Source: Octopus sinensis
Lineage: Eukaryota
Length of the DNA stretch: 64,000 bases
Direction of reading: 5' to 3'
NCBI RefSeq assembly: GCF_006345805.1
Contig: NC_043003.1
Coordinates: forward strand, 103,912,001 to 103,976,000
A program made the translations under genes and the position numbers. Under the pieces are notes generated by a model that was given only the letters and a program-made list of their open reading frames with translations, was not told the origin of the DNA and ran no database searches. Each line of letters starts with the position of its first letter. The first letter of the stretch is position 1. Shown one piece after another: positions 25,182-38,890 of the stretch.

Positions 25182-25405
25182 TAGATCTTTCAGAGACCAC
25201 TAACTTTCATAGCAAGAGATAAAAGGTATAAAACTAGAATTTCTCAATTAATTCAAAGTTACTGTATTTTCCAGCATCCAAGTTGGATTTTTCATACAAA
25301 AATTTACAGCCAAAACAAGTCAGTCAACTTAATACATCAAGATGAATTTGGAGAACCGAAAATTCCATGTGAAATTCAGCAGGATTTGGAAAGATAGTGA
25401 AGATG

Positions 25406-25610
25406 TTTACTCTTTTACTTGTTTCAGTCATTTGACTGCGGCCATGCTGGAGCACCGCCTTTAGTTGAGCAAATCGACCCCAGGACTTATTCTTTGTAAG
25501 TCTAGTACTTATTTTATCGGTGTCTTTTGCCAAACCGCTAAGTTACAGGGATGTAAACACACCAGCATTGGTTGTCAAGTGATGTTGGGGGGAAAAACAC
25601 AGACACACAA

Positions 25611-25671
<61 letters not shown>

Positions 25672-25845
25672 ATGCATATATACAACGGGCTTCTTTCAGT
25701 TTCTGTCTACCAAATCCACTCACTAGGCTTTGGTTGGCCCGAAGCTATAGTAGAAGAAACTTGCCCAATGTGCCACGCAGTGGCACTGAACCCGGAACCA
25801 TATGGTTCGTAAGCAAGCTACTTACCACACAGCCACTTCTATGCC
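25406..25845 (-). mobile_element. SINE family A, full length, antisense downstream of ZNF-2
   Basis: Reverse complement of 7701-8125. Confidence 0.85.
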
Positions 25846-26469
25846 ATGTTTGTTTACACTGTATACTATGTTGAGTTGTATACCAGAAAATACAGTATAT
25901 CGGTTTCCCTAAAGATATCTTGAAATGATACCAATTCTGGCATTGCATGACACAAATACATGGTAGTTAGTAGATATAGTTGGTACTAAATTATAGAAGT
26001 CATTATGCTAAAGAAATTCTTCTAAGGCAAATATTAGTTTTTAATAATTTTATAGAGTTAACTGGTGTATGCTGACATAAATACCTTAAATGAAATGTAT
26101 CGAAATTATACTTTATGTGAAGCAAAATATTTTAGCAAAAATATTAGCAGAAAAATATGACACTTATTAAAAAGCACTCTGTGTACATACAATTGTAAGT
26201 GAAACCATATCCACTATATACATGCACTAATAGTGGGTATATTAATTGAATTGTCAGTATTAAATATTCGTTATGGCTGATCTTACTAATTAGATTCACA
26301 CTGGTTGTTAAACCAGATGTTAGATAAGAATCTGATTGTGTACCCCTGCACTCATCAGAGCTGGAAACTATGAAAAATATTTTATTTCATCTAACATTCA
26401 GTTTAACACTCAATGTGAAACCAAGTAGTAAGATCAGCCATAATAGATATATAATACTGAACACTTTAG

Positions 26470-26555
26470 TTTATATATATATATATATATATATAAAGCA
26501 ATGAGCACAAATAGAAGACAGCATAGGAGGGAGGGACAAGTTGTAACAAATGTAT

Positions 26556-26613
<58 letters not shown>

Positions 26614-26665
26614 TATATATATACATACATACATACATATGTATGTATGTATGTATGTATATATA

Positions 26666-26703
<38 letters not shown>

Positions 26704-26711
26704 TATATATA

Positions 26712-26781
<70 letters not shown>
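26470..26781. repeat. Compound (TA)n/(TACA)n/(TATG)n microsatellite
   Basis: Seen directly in the sequence; it explains the Y/I-rich spurious ORFs. Confidence 0.95.
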
Positions 26782-26906
26782 GTCACTATGAGGATATTTA
26801 GACCTCTAATAGGGATATTTTTATCCAAGATATACTGGTTTAATATAATGTATTTTGAAGAGATATTTTCTCCAATGAATGTATTATATAAAATATCAAA
26901 TCTAAT

Positions 26907-27263
26907 GGATACAAATTAATTTATTAATTAATTAACATCTTCACCTATAATTGTTTCATTTTGTATCCAATTTAAACTGCAAAACCTAAATAAATCTTGT
27001 ATTTCAAAATATCTTGAGAGGAGAAAAAGGACAATACAAGGATTACATTATGATCTGTTGGAATACTCCCAGATATTACTCTTAGTATATTGGAGTATTC
27101 TAACAGATGGTGATGTAATCCTTGTATTGTCCTTTTTCATCCCTGATGATTTTCCTCTCGAGATATTTTGAAATGCGAGAATATATATTTTTATGTTAAA
27201 TTGGATAATAAATGAAGCAATTGTAGGGAAGATGTTAATTAATTAATAAATTAATTTGTATCC
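26907..27263. repeat. ~357-bp imperfect palindrome
   Basis: ggatacaaattaatttattaattaattaacatctt ... aaggacaatacaaggattaca ... tgtaatccttgtattgtcctt ... aagatgttaattaattaataaattaatttgtatcc, centred near 27080. Confidence 0.9.
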
Positions 27264-27334
27264 TTTAAATATCTCTGTTTTCAAACTTAATGATAATATT
27301 ATATATATATATGAATTTTACCTCATTTAAAATA

Positions 27335-28620
27335 CAGGGTGGGGCAGAGAGGTTTTTGAACAATTCACAAAATCATTAATTTTAGCTGCAAACAAATTTT
27401 ATTGACATCAATGTGTCAAAATCAAGTATGGAAAACAACATCCATCAGATGGTGTCGGCTTTCATTGATGCATTTCTGAAGGTGTTGTTAGAAATTGGCC
27501 TCCACTCTCTCCAGCATTGCTCTGTTGATTTGGGCAACTTCCACGCAAACAGCTTCCTTCAAATCGTCCAATGTATGGAGCTTATGCACTTACATGCATG
27601 CCTTGACGTTTTCCCACAAGAAATAATCACACATGGACAAATCTGGGGACCGAGGGAGCCCAAGGAATGTCAGCAAACCTGGAAATGAGGTGGTTGCCGA
27701 AGAGAGGGCAAAGAATGTCCATTGATGCTCTGGCTGTGTGGGCTGTCACCCCACCCTGCTGAAACTACAAGCATTGAATAGGCATATGTTTCATTGTAAT
27801 TCAGGCAGAAAGAAGTTGCTTATTATCTCGATGTAACACTTGGAGTTCACAGTAACAGCATTTCCATTCAAATAAGTAAAGACCAATGACGTCAGCTTTT
27901 CCATTAGTACACCAGACCATCACTTTTAGGCTACGCAGCGGTCTTTTATGCAGTTCTCTTTGATTTTCAAGAGCCCAACAGCGACAGTTCTGTTGATTCA
28001 CTATGCCATTGAGATGAAAATGAGTTTCATCAGTCATTAACAAAATGAGGTTATCATTTGCCTCAAAAATTGCTTCCATCTGATGTGCAAAGTTAAGCTA
28101 CTGTGCATAGTCCCATGTTTTCATCTGATGCCTAATGACCAATTTGTACGGGTGGAAATGTAGATCTTCATGCAAAATATGCCTTACCAATTGATTACTG
28201 ATACCAACTTCAGTGGAATGTCTCTTAGCAGAGCGATTTGGACTCCGTCTCAAAGCTTTCTGAGGCATTCCACATTTTCTGGGGTCTGTACTGTTTGTGG
28301 CATCCTCACCAGTCTCCTTGTGTACGAAGTGCATTCACTGAATGTGAGATTGTGTTATGGGTGGGAACTGCCTGATTTTGGTAAATGTTCAAGTGGCACT
28401 GAAACTCATTCAGAACTGCTATGACAGACTCGTTCTTCTTCACATAACTGTCGTAGGCAAACATGCGATGCTCTATCATTCACAGCGCCATGGCTTCATC
28501 TGAAAAGAGAAAAAATGCTAAGACACCATGGACCGAATGGTACCTGTTGGACATATGTCCCTCCCCCTGTGGTTGAATAATAGCCATTTCAGAAACGTCC
28601 ACCCTCTCTTCCCCACCCTG
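27335..28620 (-). mobile_element. Tc1/mariner-superfamily transposon (DD37D/DD41D-like), full length, pseudogenised
   Basis: TA|cagggtggggcagagagg ... cctctcttccccaccctg|TA. Motifs MTDETHFHLNGIVNQQNCRCW, KVMVWC and PRSPDLSMCDYFLW. Confidence 0.88.
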
Positions 28621-29861
28621 TAGTATAAAGGGTTTATATAATTTCTCAGTAAGAAAGAATGCAGAGTTAATGCTATCACTACAGTTGGCTGTGAATATAA
28701 CGACTTTTAGACATGTATCTACTTTTGTAAGTTTTATTACACTTAAAATTGTAGAAACATTAATCAAATGTGTATAGATGAAATTATTTAATTGTGATTT
28801 ATTAAACAAATATTAAATAATTAGTGACATTACAGCTCTTTGATAATCTTCTAGAGAAAAATCTCTCTTTCTCTCTCACACTTTTAATTACAAAAAAGTT
28901 ATCAGTATTAGCTGACAAAAAAAATAAAAGATTTTCTTTTAATACCAGCCGTCTAGGACTGCCCCTGGTTCTATGGTACAATCTAAATCATAGCCTTTTG
29001 TTAAAATTATGTCTCACACACCAGCTAAATGATGGCAGTTATTTTACTAAATTCATCATCATTTTCAAAAGTAACTGAAGCAAAAGCACTGTTTTTCTTC
29101 AGAATTATGGTAACAAAAGAGTTAAATGTAAAGGTGATAGCTTTAATACAGAACCACTTTATTATAGTAAATATATAGTAAATACATATAGTAAATATAT
29201 GATCAATGACCTTGAAGGAAGATGACATAATTTAAAGTATGATTCACTGTGCCTCAAGTGAGCTAATTTAGTATTAGTATGAAGCATGTATGATCACAGC
29301 AGTTGACATTAGGAAAAGCATACCACTGTGTACATCAGGAGAGCCGTTACTAGCAGGTAGATTTATAAAGCTCTCATAGAACTTCTTTATAGCTCTACCT
29401 GCTAGTAATAGCAACCTACTGTCTTAAAATTGCCTGTTCAGGGCTGAGCTGGGGTTACATGAGAGTCATCTACAGATGCATAGCAGAAGTAGCAGACTAA
29501 GGAAAATGTGACTGAAAACACTGGAGCTTATGAAAGAGATAACACAAAAGCAAGCTGTGTGAGGAGTTGCTGTCCTGTGAACCTATCCAACCCATGGCAA
29601 ATGTTAATTGTGATTACCACTCAAATTGTTAGTGTTTTCTATCAAAAATATATATCCTGATGATGTTCAATCTTGTCTCATATATAAACAATTACAAAAA
29701 AGAAATATTATTTTGCAAGTGCTTCACTTTGCTAACATGGGTTGGAATCAAGGTGTTGTTTCTGAAAATGTATTTAGGGGAAGGTTAGAGTGTTTTTTGT
29801 TGTTGTTATTGTTTATTGCTAAAAGCTTTTGTATTACAATGTGTTCTGTTAAACAACATTG

Positions 29862-30553
29862 GGATCTTTTCCTTTTGAACGGCAGTTTTCAACACAATTT
29901 CTAGTTAACTAAACACTTTTAAACTTCGTATACTGGCAGAATGTGTCAAAATAAAACATTTTTTTCTCTTGGGAAAATTCTTCTTGAGAAAATTGTAATT
30001 TGTAAGTTTAACGTAGTTTAATTTTTCGAATTTGAACCAATCCTATGTCCTCTATTTAGCTAAAATCATTTGCTGCGTCTAAAACTGAGACAACATCCTG
30101 TCACTAACCCTCACCCTAACCCTAACCCTAAATTTTAGCCTTTCGATTTTTTTTTCTTAATTGTTAAATTAATTTAAGGATAACAATTAAGAAAAAAAAA
30201 ACGAAAGCAAAAACTCAAAACAAAAACAAAACGAATAATTTTAGACACACGTGTAACAATTAAGAAAAAAAACCCGAAAAGCTAAAATTTAGGGTGAGGG
30301 TGAGAGTTAGGGTTAGTGACAGGATGTTGTCTCAGTTTTAGACGCAACAAATGATTTCAGCTCAATAGGGGACATAGGATTGGTTAAAATTCGAAAAATT
30401 AAACTACATTAAACTTACAAATTACAATTTTCTCAAGAAAGCCAAGAGAAAAAAATGTTTTATTTTGACACATTCTACCAGTATACGAAGTTTAAAAGTG
30501 TTTAAGTTAACTAGAAATTGTGTTGAAAACTGCCGTTCAAAAGGAAAAGATCC
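29862..30553. mobile_element. Foldback MITE with ~280-bp arms, GG..CC ends, 8-bp TSD and internal telomere-like hexamers
   Basis: caacattg|ggatcttttccttttgaacggcag ... ctgccgttcaaaaggaaaagatcc|caacattg, with ccctaa/ttaggg tracts at the inner ends of the arms. Confidence 0.88.
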
Positions 30554-32054
30554 CAACATTGTGATAGTGGTGTAGTCTATCACTGTTGTGATGGAACAAA
30601 AAACTGACTCTAGTTTATTTCTTTGTTATTGAGGTGTAATCATTTTTTTTTATACATATACTTAGAAAAATATAAAGACAAAGATTGTAGAATAAATTTC
30701 CTTAAATTAGAAATATGAATAGCAAAGACTTGGTTGTTTTTATATATTTTTTATTATATTTGCATTGAATTCAAATGTGGTAAACACGGTAAAAATGGTA
30801 GAGTGCCGGACAAAATACAATCTGGGTTGAAAGGCTATCTAGAGAAGATTTTCTACTTCATACATTCAGGGCTAATGAAAATATATTTCAGTCATGTTGT
30901 AGGGGTCAGAAATGGTCCCTTCAAAGAATTCTACATGGTTTTCTAGCAAATTTCACTCAGAAGTCTTGATTTACCAAGAAGACAATTCCTAAAGGTCCTA
31001 CATTTTGGGATTGACTGTGAGATCCCGTAGTTGCAAAGTATACTTATTAACCACATATTCTTATCTCTACCTCTTCTACAGTTGTCACCTACTCTTCCCT
31101 ACTTATTGTCCCTCATCACTTGTTCTTCATTGTTTTCCCTCATGCCTTCACTCTCTCTACCATCTCTCACTCAACTATACACTTTTGCAACATCTACCTA
31201 TCATCTTACACTTTCTGTTCTGTCCCCTCTCACTTCTACTTACCTTGTATCTTGAGGGTCCCACTGCTACCTCATCACCACTACTTTATCTCTTTCCAGC
31301 TCAACCATGACCAATCCTACCCTCTCTTCTATAATGTGAGTAGCTATGTAGATCCTCTACAGCAATAAACCTGCTGTTTCTGGCTCTCTTCTGACACTCT
31401 AACCCCTCATTCTTTGGCATACAGCTGCTTCTTCCCCTCTCTACTGTAGCCCTTACTCAAGGATTTGGTCTTGGCTGTATGGCTACCTCACTAGTACTGG
31501 TATCATGAAAGAAGCACACACTACATGCTGTAAAGTGATTGCCATTAGGAAGATTATCCACACAGCTCTCAGGTGCCTTTAGCAGAGTCAACTGGGGGTT
31601 GGATCTCTTATCTTAGGGTATCTTGATGCATGGTTTTCTACTGAAGCAAGCTATGAGTTATGGTTTCTTTCACCGTCCTCCCTCCTAGCCTTGGTGCCTG
31701 GTGGAGAAGACCATCATGGATGCTACTGTACCTTCTCTGAATAAACTATAAAATATATCTTTCAGTGTTTTGAGGTTAATAAAATATCAGGTCTCTGCCA
31801 GTAAAGTTTGTTCATCATTACCATTATCATCATCATTTAACATCCATGTTCTATGCTTGTATGGGTGGGATGGAAATTTTTGTGGCAGAATTTCTATTGC
31901 TGAATGCCTTTCCTGTTGCCAACCCTTACCTGTTTGCAAGGAAGGTAGGTTTCTCCATGGTCAGGCATGTTTTTATAGAATATTGGAAATGAATGATGAT
32001 GTTTGATTGATTGTGACACTCATATACATCCATACAAACATATACATTCATTTA

Positions 32055-33288
32055 TTGGGTTGTCAGATAAATTTGTTTGTTTATTTCCAATGTTATTTGA
32101 AGTAGCATGAAAAATATTTTTATCATATTGTTGTTGTTTTTTTGGTAGCTATATTCTTCCTCTACAACTTTTGTTTATCATTTTTGAAATTTGAATAAAT
32201 TTTACTTCTTTTCAGACATATGATGATGGAGTGCCAAGTAGGAAAAAAATGAGCGTTTTTGACACTTGGCTTCTCTTCACTTTCATTCAAGATTCTAAAG
32301 CTACCAAAGTTGCTCAAGACATTTGTGCTGTGTATGGAGAAGATGCTATTACTGAAAGAACTGCACAGAAATGGTTTACATACTTCATGGAGGGTAATTC
32401 AAATTCACAGACTTTTCACATTCCTTCCAACCTGTTCAGTTCAATGAGGATTGATTGAATGAACTCATCCATGTAGATCTGTGCCAATCCACCTGAGAAT
32501 TGGCCCAGCAGGTGGAATGCGTTCATGATATCTTCAGCTGTCACTCTCACTTGATGTGTAAAGTTCAAATGTTTGCTGCATGGGTTCCACATATTCTAAG
32601 TGAGATAAACTCCAGCTTCTCTATCACTGCCAAATTGTTTGCTTAATACTAGACAACTTGTGGACACAGAAATTACTTCACTGCATCACCAGTGATGAAA
32701 AATGATGTCTTTATGTCAATATGATGTTGAAGAAAGAAAGGCTGAGGACTGACAAGCAACCAACATCTTGAGCCAAAATCAGAGCTGCATTCACGTAAGG
32801 CAACAATCTGTGTCTGGTGGGATTAGGAAGGGATAATCTACTACAAAATGCTTGAAGACAACCACATGGTCAATGCAGAGCTTTACATTCAGCAAATAGA
32901 CTGGTTCAATAAGGCAATCCAGCTGAAACAACCCAACCAGTGACAACACTCACCTCACATCATTATATTGACCTCAAAAGCTCAATTGGGAAGTTCTATT
33001 GCACCCAACATATTCTCCTAATGCTTTCACATTCTCACCTTTTCTGGTACCTTTCCATTGTTTGGAAGGCATTTCATTTGACAACGATGTGGAGCTGAAA
33101 CTGTTGCTCAGTGAATTCTTTGAATCAAGACTTAATAATTTACACTGTCTAGGCGTTGAAAAGCTAGTGGGGCATTGCCAAGAAGTGAACAATAAAGGAA
33201 AACATATCACTGGCTGATTTGTCAAAATTGTTGATTAAAAACTTTTTTTAAATAAATTGAAAAAATGAAAATTTATTTGACAATCTAC
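32055..33288 (+). mobile_element. mariner (DD34D-type) transposon, decayed
   Basis: AQDICAVYGEDAITERTAQKWF, WVPH, TSDEK and HPTYSP motifs. TIR-like ends ttgggttgtcagataaatt / aatttatttgacaatcta. Confidence 0.8.
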
Positions 33289-33615
33289 ATGCAGGATCAC
33301 ATTAGTGAATGTTTTCTTTTCTAAGCTAGTGGGGTGACTGATGAAGATTTGGCTGCTATTTCTAAAATATTGAATGATCATGAACAGGTCCCTTGCTTGC
33401 CCCATAAAGAGAAGTAACTAACAATGCCTGGCATTTTATCCATTCTTAAAAATAATGATGGGTTCTGGTCTTTAGAGTCAACTCACAAATTTGTAAGGCA
33501 GTGGTGTATGGTCAGTTGAATTAAACCCCAATATTTGACTGATATATATATGTGTGTGTGTGTATATATATTGTAGGGGTATCGTATTTCGTTATGCAAT
33601 CATAATATACTACCA

Positions 33616-34091
33616 GGGGCATTCCTACAGATGTGCAATATTGACTTTGTTTCCTCAAACTTCCAGAAAATTATTTTCAAATGAAATTTGCTACAAATAT
33701 GCTTCAGATGGTGTAGATTACACTATCAGAATTTGATATGAAGAAAAATTGAATTTGAAATTTCGGAAAAATTGTGATATGTGTTCTCACTATTTTTCTT
33801 TTCACAACAAATTCTAATATAATTGTAATTTACACACTTCGGAAAGTATTTGTAGGAAATTTCATTAAAAAATACCCGTTTTCCTGAAAGTTATGTGAAA
33901 ACAAAGACAACTCATGTGACCTTTCCAAAACTCCTCATCCACAGAAAAATCTTTTTACAATAAATTTTGATATAATCGGAATCTACATTATCTGAAGTGT
34001 ATTTGTAGAAAATTTCATTAAAAAATATCCATTTTGCTGGAAATTGAGACAACAAAGTCGGGGTGGAGGCACACATCTATAAGAATGTCCT
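33616..34091. mobile_element. Old MITE with ~100-bp TIRs (possible 4-bp TSD acca)
   Basis: ggggcattcctacagatgtg..gaaatttgctacaaatatgcttcagat is mirrored by atctgaagtgtatttgtagaaaatttc..cacatctataagaatgtcct. Confidence 0.55.
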
Positions 34092-34816
34092 ACCAATTAT
34101 ATTAAAGGCTTTATAAGTCAATAGTGTGTCCTATTGTGTTAGCAGTGCTGTTGGATCACATTGTAAGATTAATTCTACAAATTTTCATTAGAAATTGTAG
34201 CCAGTACTGATTTGTTAGGACGTTTTGTATTTGGATCTGCCTAATGTAAGCAATGCAATTGAAGATAGAAAAAAAATAAGTAATGAGTGTAGATGCATAT
34301 TTCAGGAGTTGCTTCTTCTTTAGCTGGGAGGGGCAGCTAAAAGAGCCTCTTGTTGGCTTTGGAGCAAGAGAGAGCAGTTAAGCCAGGAGAAGATGAGGAG
34401 CAGTGTTATGGTTCAGGGTCAAAACACTTGATGAATGTTGGATACTGTCTGATGACATCAGTTCTTCCTAGTCAAAGCTCCTTTCACTTTGGTGAATGGT
34501 AAGAGTACCTCCTTCTAGGTGTTATTAACATATGTTTGATCTTGAAAGGATGAAATGTAAACTAGAATTTAAAATACTGAAAGAAATTTAGCACTGCAAT
34601 GTTTCTGCAACCATTGTAATAATTTCTTGTATGGGTAAATGGCCAATAATTTTGGGGAGTTATTAGATTATTAAGTTGAACCCAGTATTTAACTGGTACT
34701 TTATTGTAGTGAGCCTGGAAGGATGAAAGGCAAAATTTTTTGACAGGATTTGAACTCAGTAAGCAAAGATGTGAAATAAATACCATAAGGTATTTCATAC
34801 AGAAATACTTCATTAA

Positions 34817-35035
34817 CCTTTTCATTACTGCATTTATTTTGAGATGCTCTGTGTTTCTTTCAATCATTTTAAATATAACAAAAATTTTGTAAAATAGCTT
34901 AGTTATCATTCAGCTAGTGTTTGGAACATAAATTGTGACTAAGGCTTGGTGGAATATTTTAATTCAAAACTTATGAAAACAAGATATTTTACCACAGAGC
35001 CTGAGCCGGTTTTGGCCGGGTTAGTAACAAAAGGG
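34817..35035. mobile_element. piggyBac-like MITE
   Basis: TTAA|ccttttcattact ... agtaacaaaaggg|TTAA. Related decayed pieces lie near 28940-29125 and 43370-43577. Confidence 0.65.
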
Positions 35036-35744
35036 TTAATATGTAGCAGTATATAGTAAATTTAAGGTCAATGAAAGACATTAATCTTGAAAGAAAAATG
35101 TGTTCAACCGTCAAGAGTGAGGAAGATCATCTGGTCATCCTGAAGGAGACTGATGACTTGTTTCAAGTGAAGAAGAGTTACACACCCTTGACCTCACTCC
35201 TGATCATCTTTGATCCAGAGTCAAGATGACTGGGGATGGAGACGGATGCAGCGGAGGACCAAAATGTCTTCCTTGCCTCATCTTGCTCTCTCCGCTTCCC
35301 AATGCTTTGCCGCAGTTGGTTTCTTCCACAGAGTCTGTCAGATCCAGTCTTCACCTGCATAGGTAGGCAAACCCCAATATGCTAATTAACCCATAGCTGG
35401 GTGCTTCTTCATTGGGTCAGAGTAGACCTGGAACAATAGTAGCTATGAGGTGGTTCCACACGCCTCAAAACCCTGCAACTTCTGAACGAGGGTTCCACTA
35501 CAGGATGCAGCTTAAAGTCATACCCAGGACATGAAAAATGAATACAGACACAGACATAAATTAAAGAATGAGTTCTCATATTCCAGCTGGGAACTAATTT
35601 AGTGTTAATATCATAATCTATCAAAACAGCTGACAATAGACAGAGTTGCTACTGCAACCAGAAATGCCACCAGACATATCAGGTGGAATAAAGCAACTAG
35701 GTGTCTCAGATCATTTCAGTTTACAGCACTTGTTAACAGGGTTT

Positions 35745-35962
35745 ACCTATTTCTTTATTACCCACAAGGGGCTAAACAAAGACAGACATAAGTATTAAGT
35801 CGATTACATTGCCCCCAGTGCATAACTGGTACTTATTTAATCGACCCCAAAAGGATGAAAGGCAAAGTTGACCTTGGTGGAATTTGAACTCACAACGTAA
35901 TGGCAGACAAAATAGCGCTAAGCATTTCACCTGGCGTGCTAACGTTTCTGCCAGCTCGCCGC
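35745..35962 (-). mobile_element. SINE family B
   Basis: Reverse complement of 13348-13578. Confidence 0.8.
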
Positions 35963-36595
35963 TTTACCATCTATGAACCAACCTACGGTCTATTAACTCA
36001 GATGAATTATGGTTCTGTCACATCTTGCATGTCTTTTTTCTCGATATGGCTTACTCATTGTTACATTTTAGTGTAGACATTCCTGTGAAGATGCTGTCTC
36101 TCAATCTTTGGTCATTTTGCACATACAACTCAGACAGCTTATGCCTGACATTTGCTACTTCCCTAAACCAAGACCTTCAAAACACTCTCCAGTATGATGC
36201 TTATAATGTTAATTATATTATCATTATCATTGTAACAGAAAGTTCCTGTGAAACTTTCTTTTCTTTAAGGAGAGTGTTATGAGAATGTAAGTTTGGCCCA
36301 TTGGTTGGGTTTGAACTGATGGAGTCACTATGTGTAGTCACCAATTGTTCTCAAAGAAAATTAAAAAAAGGTTGCCTCCTCTTTGCTCCACTTGGCTCAA
36401 AGTTGTTGCTTTGGGTGAGAAGATTCTTGCATTTGGGGGGAGAAACAATGGCGTGGCATACCCTTGCCAAATTATTTTGTAAGTATAAAAGACAGTGGCT
36501 GAGAGGTGAGAATAAACTTCAGCATGACTTTGGATTATACAGCTTTGGCCCGACTTTGGATTGGGAACAGTTTCCTTGTCTACAGTAAGCGTAAC

Positions 36596-36629
<34 letters not shown>

Positions 36630-36759
36630 AAGAGTGTGTGGTAAAAAATTTGCTTCTCAAAGTATCTTCTACTATAGCCTTAAACTGACCAAAGCCTTGT
36701 GGGTGGATTTGGTAGATGGAAACTAAAAGAAGCCTGTCATAGTCCATAAACCCAGTTGT

Positions 36760-38420
36760 ACAAAACAAGACATTATTCATAAAAAGTAACTTTGGCTTCA
36801 TTAGAGACAAAATAGGTATAATCTTAGTGTCTAGGAGCACGATAATAGAATATGGAGGCAAACTTCAGATCTGGTCCAACAGAGAAGATGCATTTGACAT
36901 AACAATGGGGTCTAGCAATTCAGTACAAGTAATGGATATAGCAGGAATATACTTATCATCACAAATAGAGTCTTGGTTCCTGAACTTAGTTGGCAGGGAT
37001 TATATAGAGATGATGTATTTACAGTACAAAAAGTAGTAACATAGAAATAGAAAGTTGTAAGAAAAAACTTTTAAAATTCTTTGAAAACTTTGGATTGGAA
37101 ATAGAAATAGAAAAAAATCATAGAGTTCTAAAATTCCTAGACGTAAAGCTTAGCCTCAATGATGGAAAGTAAGAACTGTTCCATATGCCAAATGAAAACT
37201 TAAAATATGTAAGCCACAGATCTAACCAACTGGAACATGTACTTCAAAGTATCTGAGAAGTATGTCTAACAGAATGTCCACACTATCTTTGGAAAACCAA
37301 TATTCAACATACACACCAAATATTACAACTCAGCACTGGCTAGGACAGGTATAAGCATAGAATAGTATATGTACAGAATAGAGCAGAGAAGGCTCATCAC
37401 CCAGAGAGCATTATTAATATTAGAGATTATCCTGTAAATAACCACAGAATACTAGACCCTAAAAGAATAGTAAATGTAATAGGGATCAAAATGGGAAAAA
37501 GGAACCATAACACTAAGAAGGGGAGATACAAAATGGAACCCATAAAACAGCAGGTCAGAGTAGAATGAAAGGGACCAGTAAATGTAGATAGAAATAGTAA
37601 ACGAAGAAACAGATAAAATGAAATACAGAAAGAAACCCAATAAGTCTATTTTTAAAAAATGGAAAAATAAGTGATAAAATTATTTGGTTTAATCCAAGTT
37701 TTAATTCACAAATAAAATCAAAATAGGTCAGGAATTCTTCTCAGCATTAGATAGACACTTCCCCAAATCTTCCAAATATCAAAAATCAACAGGCATAATA
37801 TGAAATTAGCATATGCAATTTCTCACAATCTAGAATACTACATACTCAAATTAACCCTTTAGCATTTAAACCGGCCATATCTGGCCAAAATACGCCAGGT
37901 TTTTGTTCAAGCTGGCCTGATCTAACCTCTCACACCTATCCTACAATGCCATTCTAAAAATAGACAATAATATCAAAATTTCAAAGGTATGAGACAATTC
38001 ATGATTAATTCAAAACAATATGAATAAATAAGCTTTACATTTGGCAGAATAAAAGGGTTAAATAACATAAAACTCAATAGGATAAAACTAGAAGGGGCTT
38101 ACAGAAAAAAACCACAGATGAAAACAAAATAACAATGGAATGGTTGCAAATAGGAATGACAAAAGCTCATCCAAACCAAAATGGGTCCAAACAACTGGCA
38201 GTGCAATCTACACCAACAGAATGGAATGGAGCATATGACCAACTGATCTATAATATAAAATGCTACACCATACAATAGAACATTGCAAGTGTGCAACTTA
38301 TGCTTAAAGGAAATCCTGGAGATCATCACATCCAGAGAAAATATAATTGACATTCCAAAGTTATATCTTGAAAGCATAGAGCAAGGCATCATTCCTAGAA
38401 TTCAAAAAGAACATTTTGAA
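36760..38420 (+). mobile_element. Penelope-like retroelement remnant (RT region and downstream)
   Basis: FDITMGS..S.QV.D..GIYL, GLYRDD, KFLDV.L, IIWFNP.FN...IGQEFF..LDRHFP and CNLCLKE motifs, heavily disrupted. Confidence 0.75.
37855..38057. mobile_element. piggyBac-like MITE nested in the Penelope remnant
   Basis: TTAA|ccctttagcatttaaaccggcc ... aaaggg|TTAA. A related copy lies on the opposite strand near 63770-63960. Confidence 0.7.
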
Positions 38421-38580
38421 ACAGAAAAACACTAACCACCTTTAGCATATAATGGAACCTGCTTTAATTTGACAGAGGGATCAGTAATCATTTTCAAACA
38501 AGGAATCTTTACAATAAAAAAATAACTTCACCTGTGCATCTGAAAATCTAATCTATGCAATAACATACTCAGGATGTGGT

Positions 38581-38890
38581 AGAGGCACATGGCCTAGTGG
38601 TTAGAGCAGTGGACTCATGGTCGAGGGATCGCAGGTTCGAATCTCAGACCAGATGATGTGTGTGTTTATGAGTGAAACACCTAAGCTCCATGCGGCTCCG
38701 GCAGAAGGTAATGACGAAACGTCTGCTGACTCTTTTGCCACAACTTTCTCTCACTCTTTCCTCCTGCATCTTGCAGCTCACCTGCGATGGACCGGCGTCC
38801 CGTCCAGGTGGGGAACCTATATGCCAAGAAACCGGGAAACTGGCCCTTATGAGCCAGGCATGGCTCGAGAAGGAACAAACAACAAAACAA
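38581..38890 (+). mobile_element. tRNA-derived SINE (family C-like head)
   Basis: gaggcacatggcctagtggttagagcagtggactc...ggttcgaatctc, with an (AAC)-rich tail. Confidence 0.75.

Noticed and set aside
26434-26828. Y/I-rich ORFs of 83-120 aa
   Set aside because: Translations of a TA-based microsatellite.
30105-30130. Telomere or chromosome-fusion scar
   Set aside because: Only a few hexamers, placed symmetrically inside a TSD-flanked foldback element.
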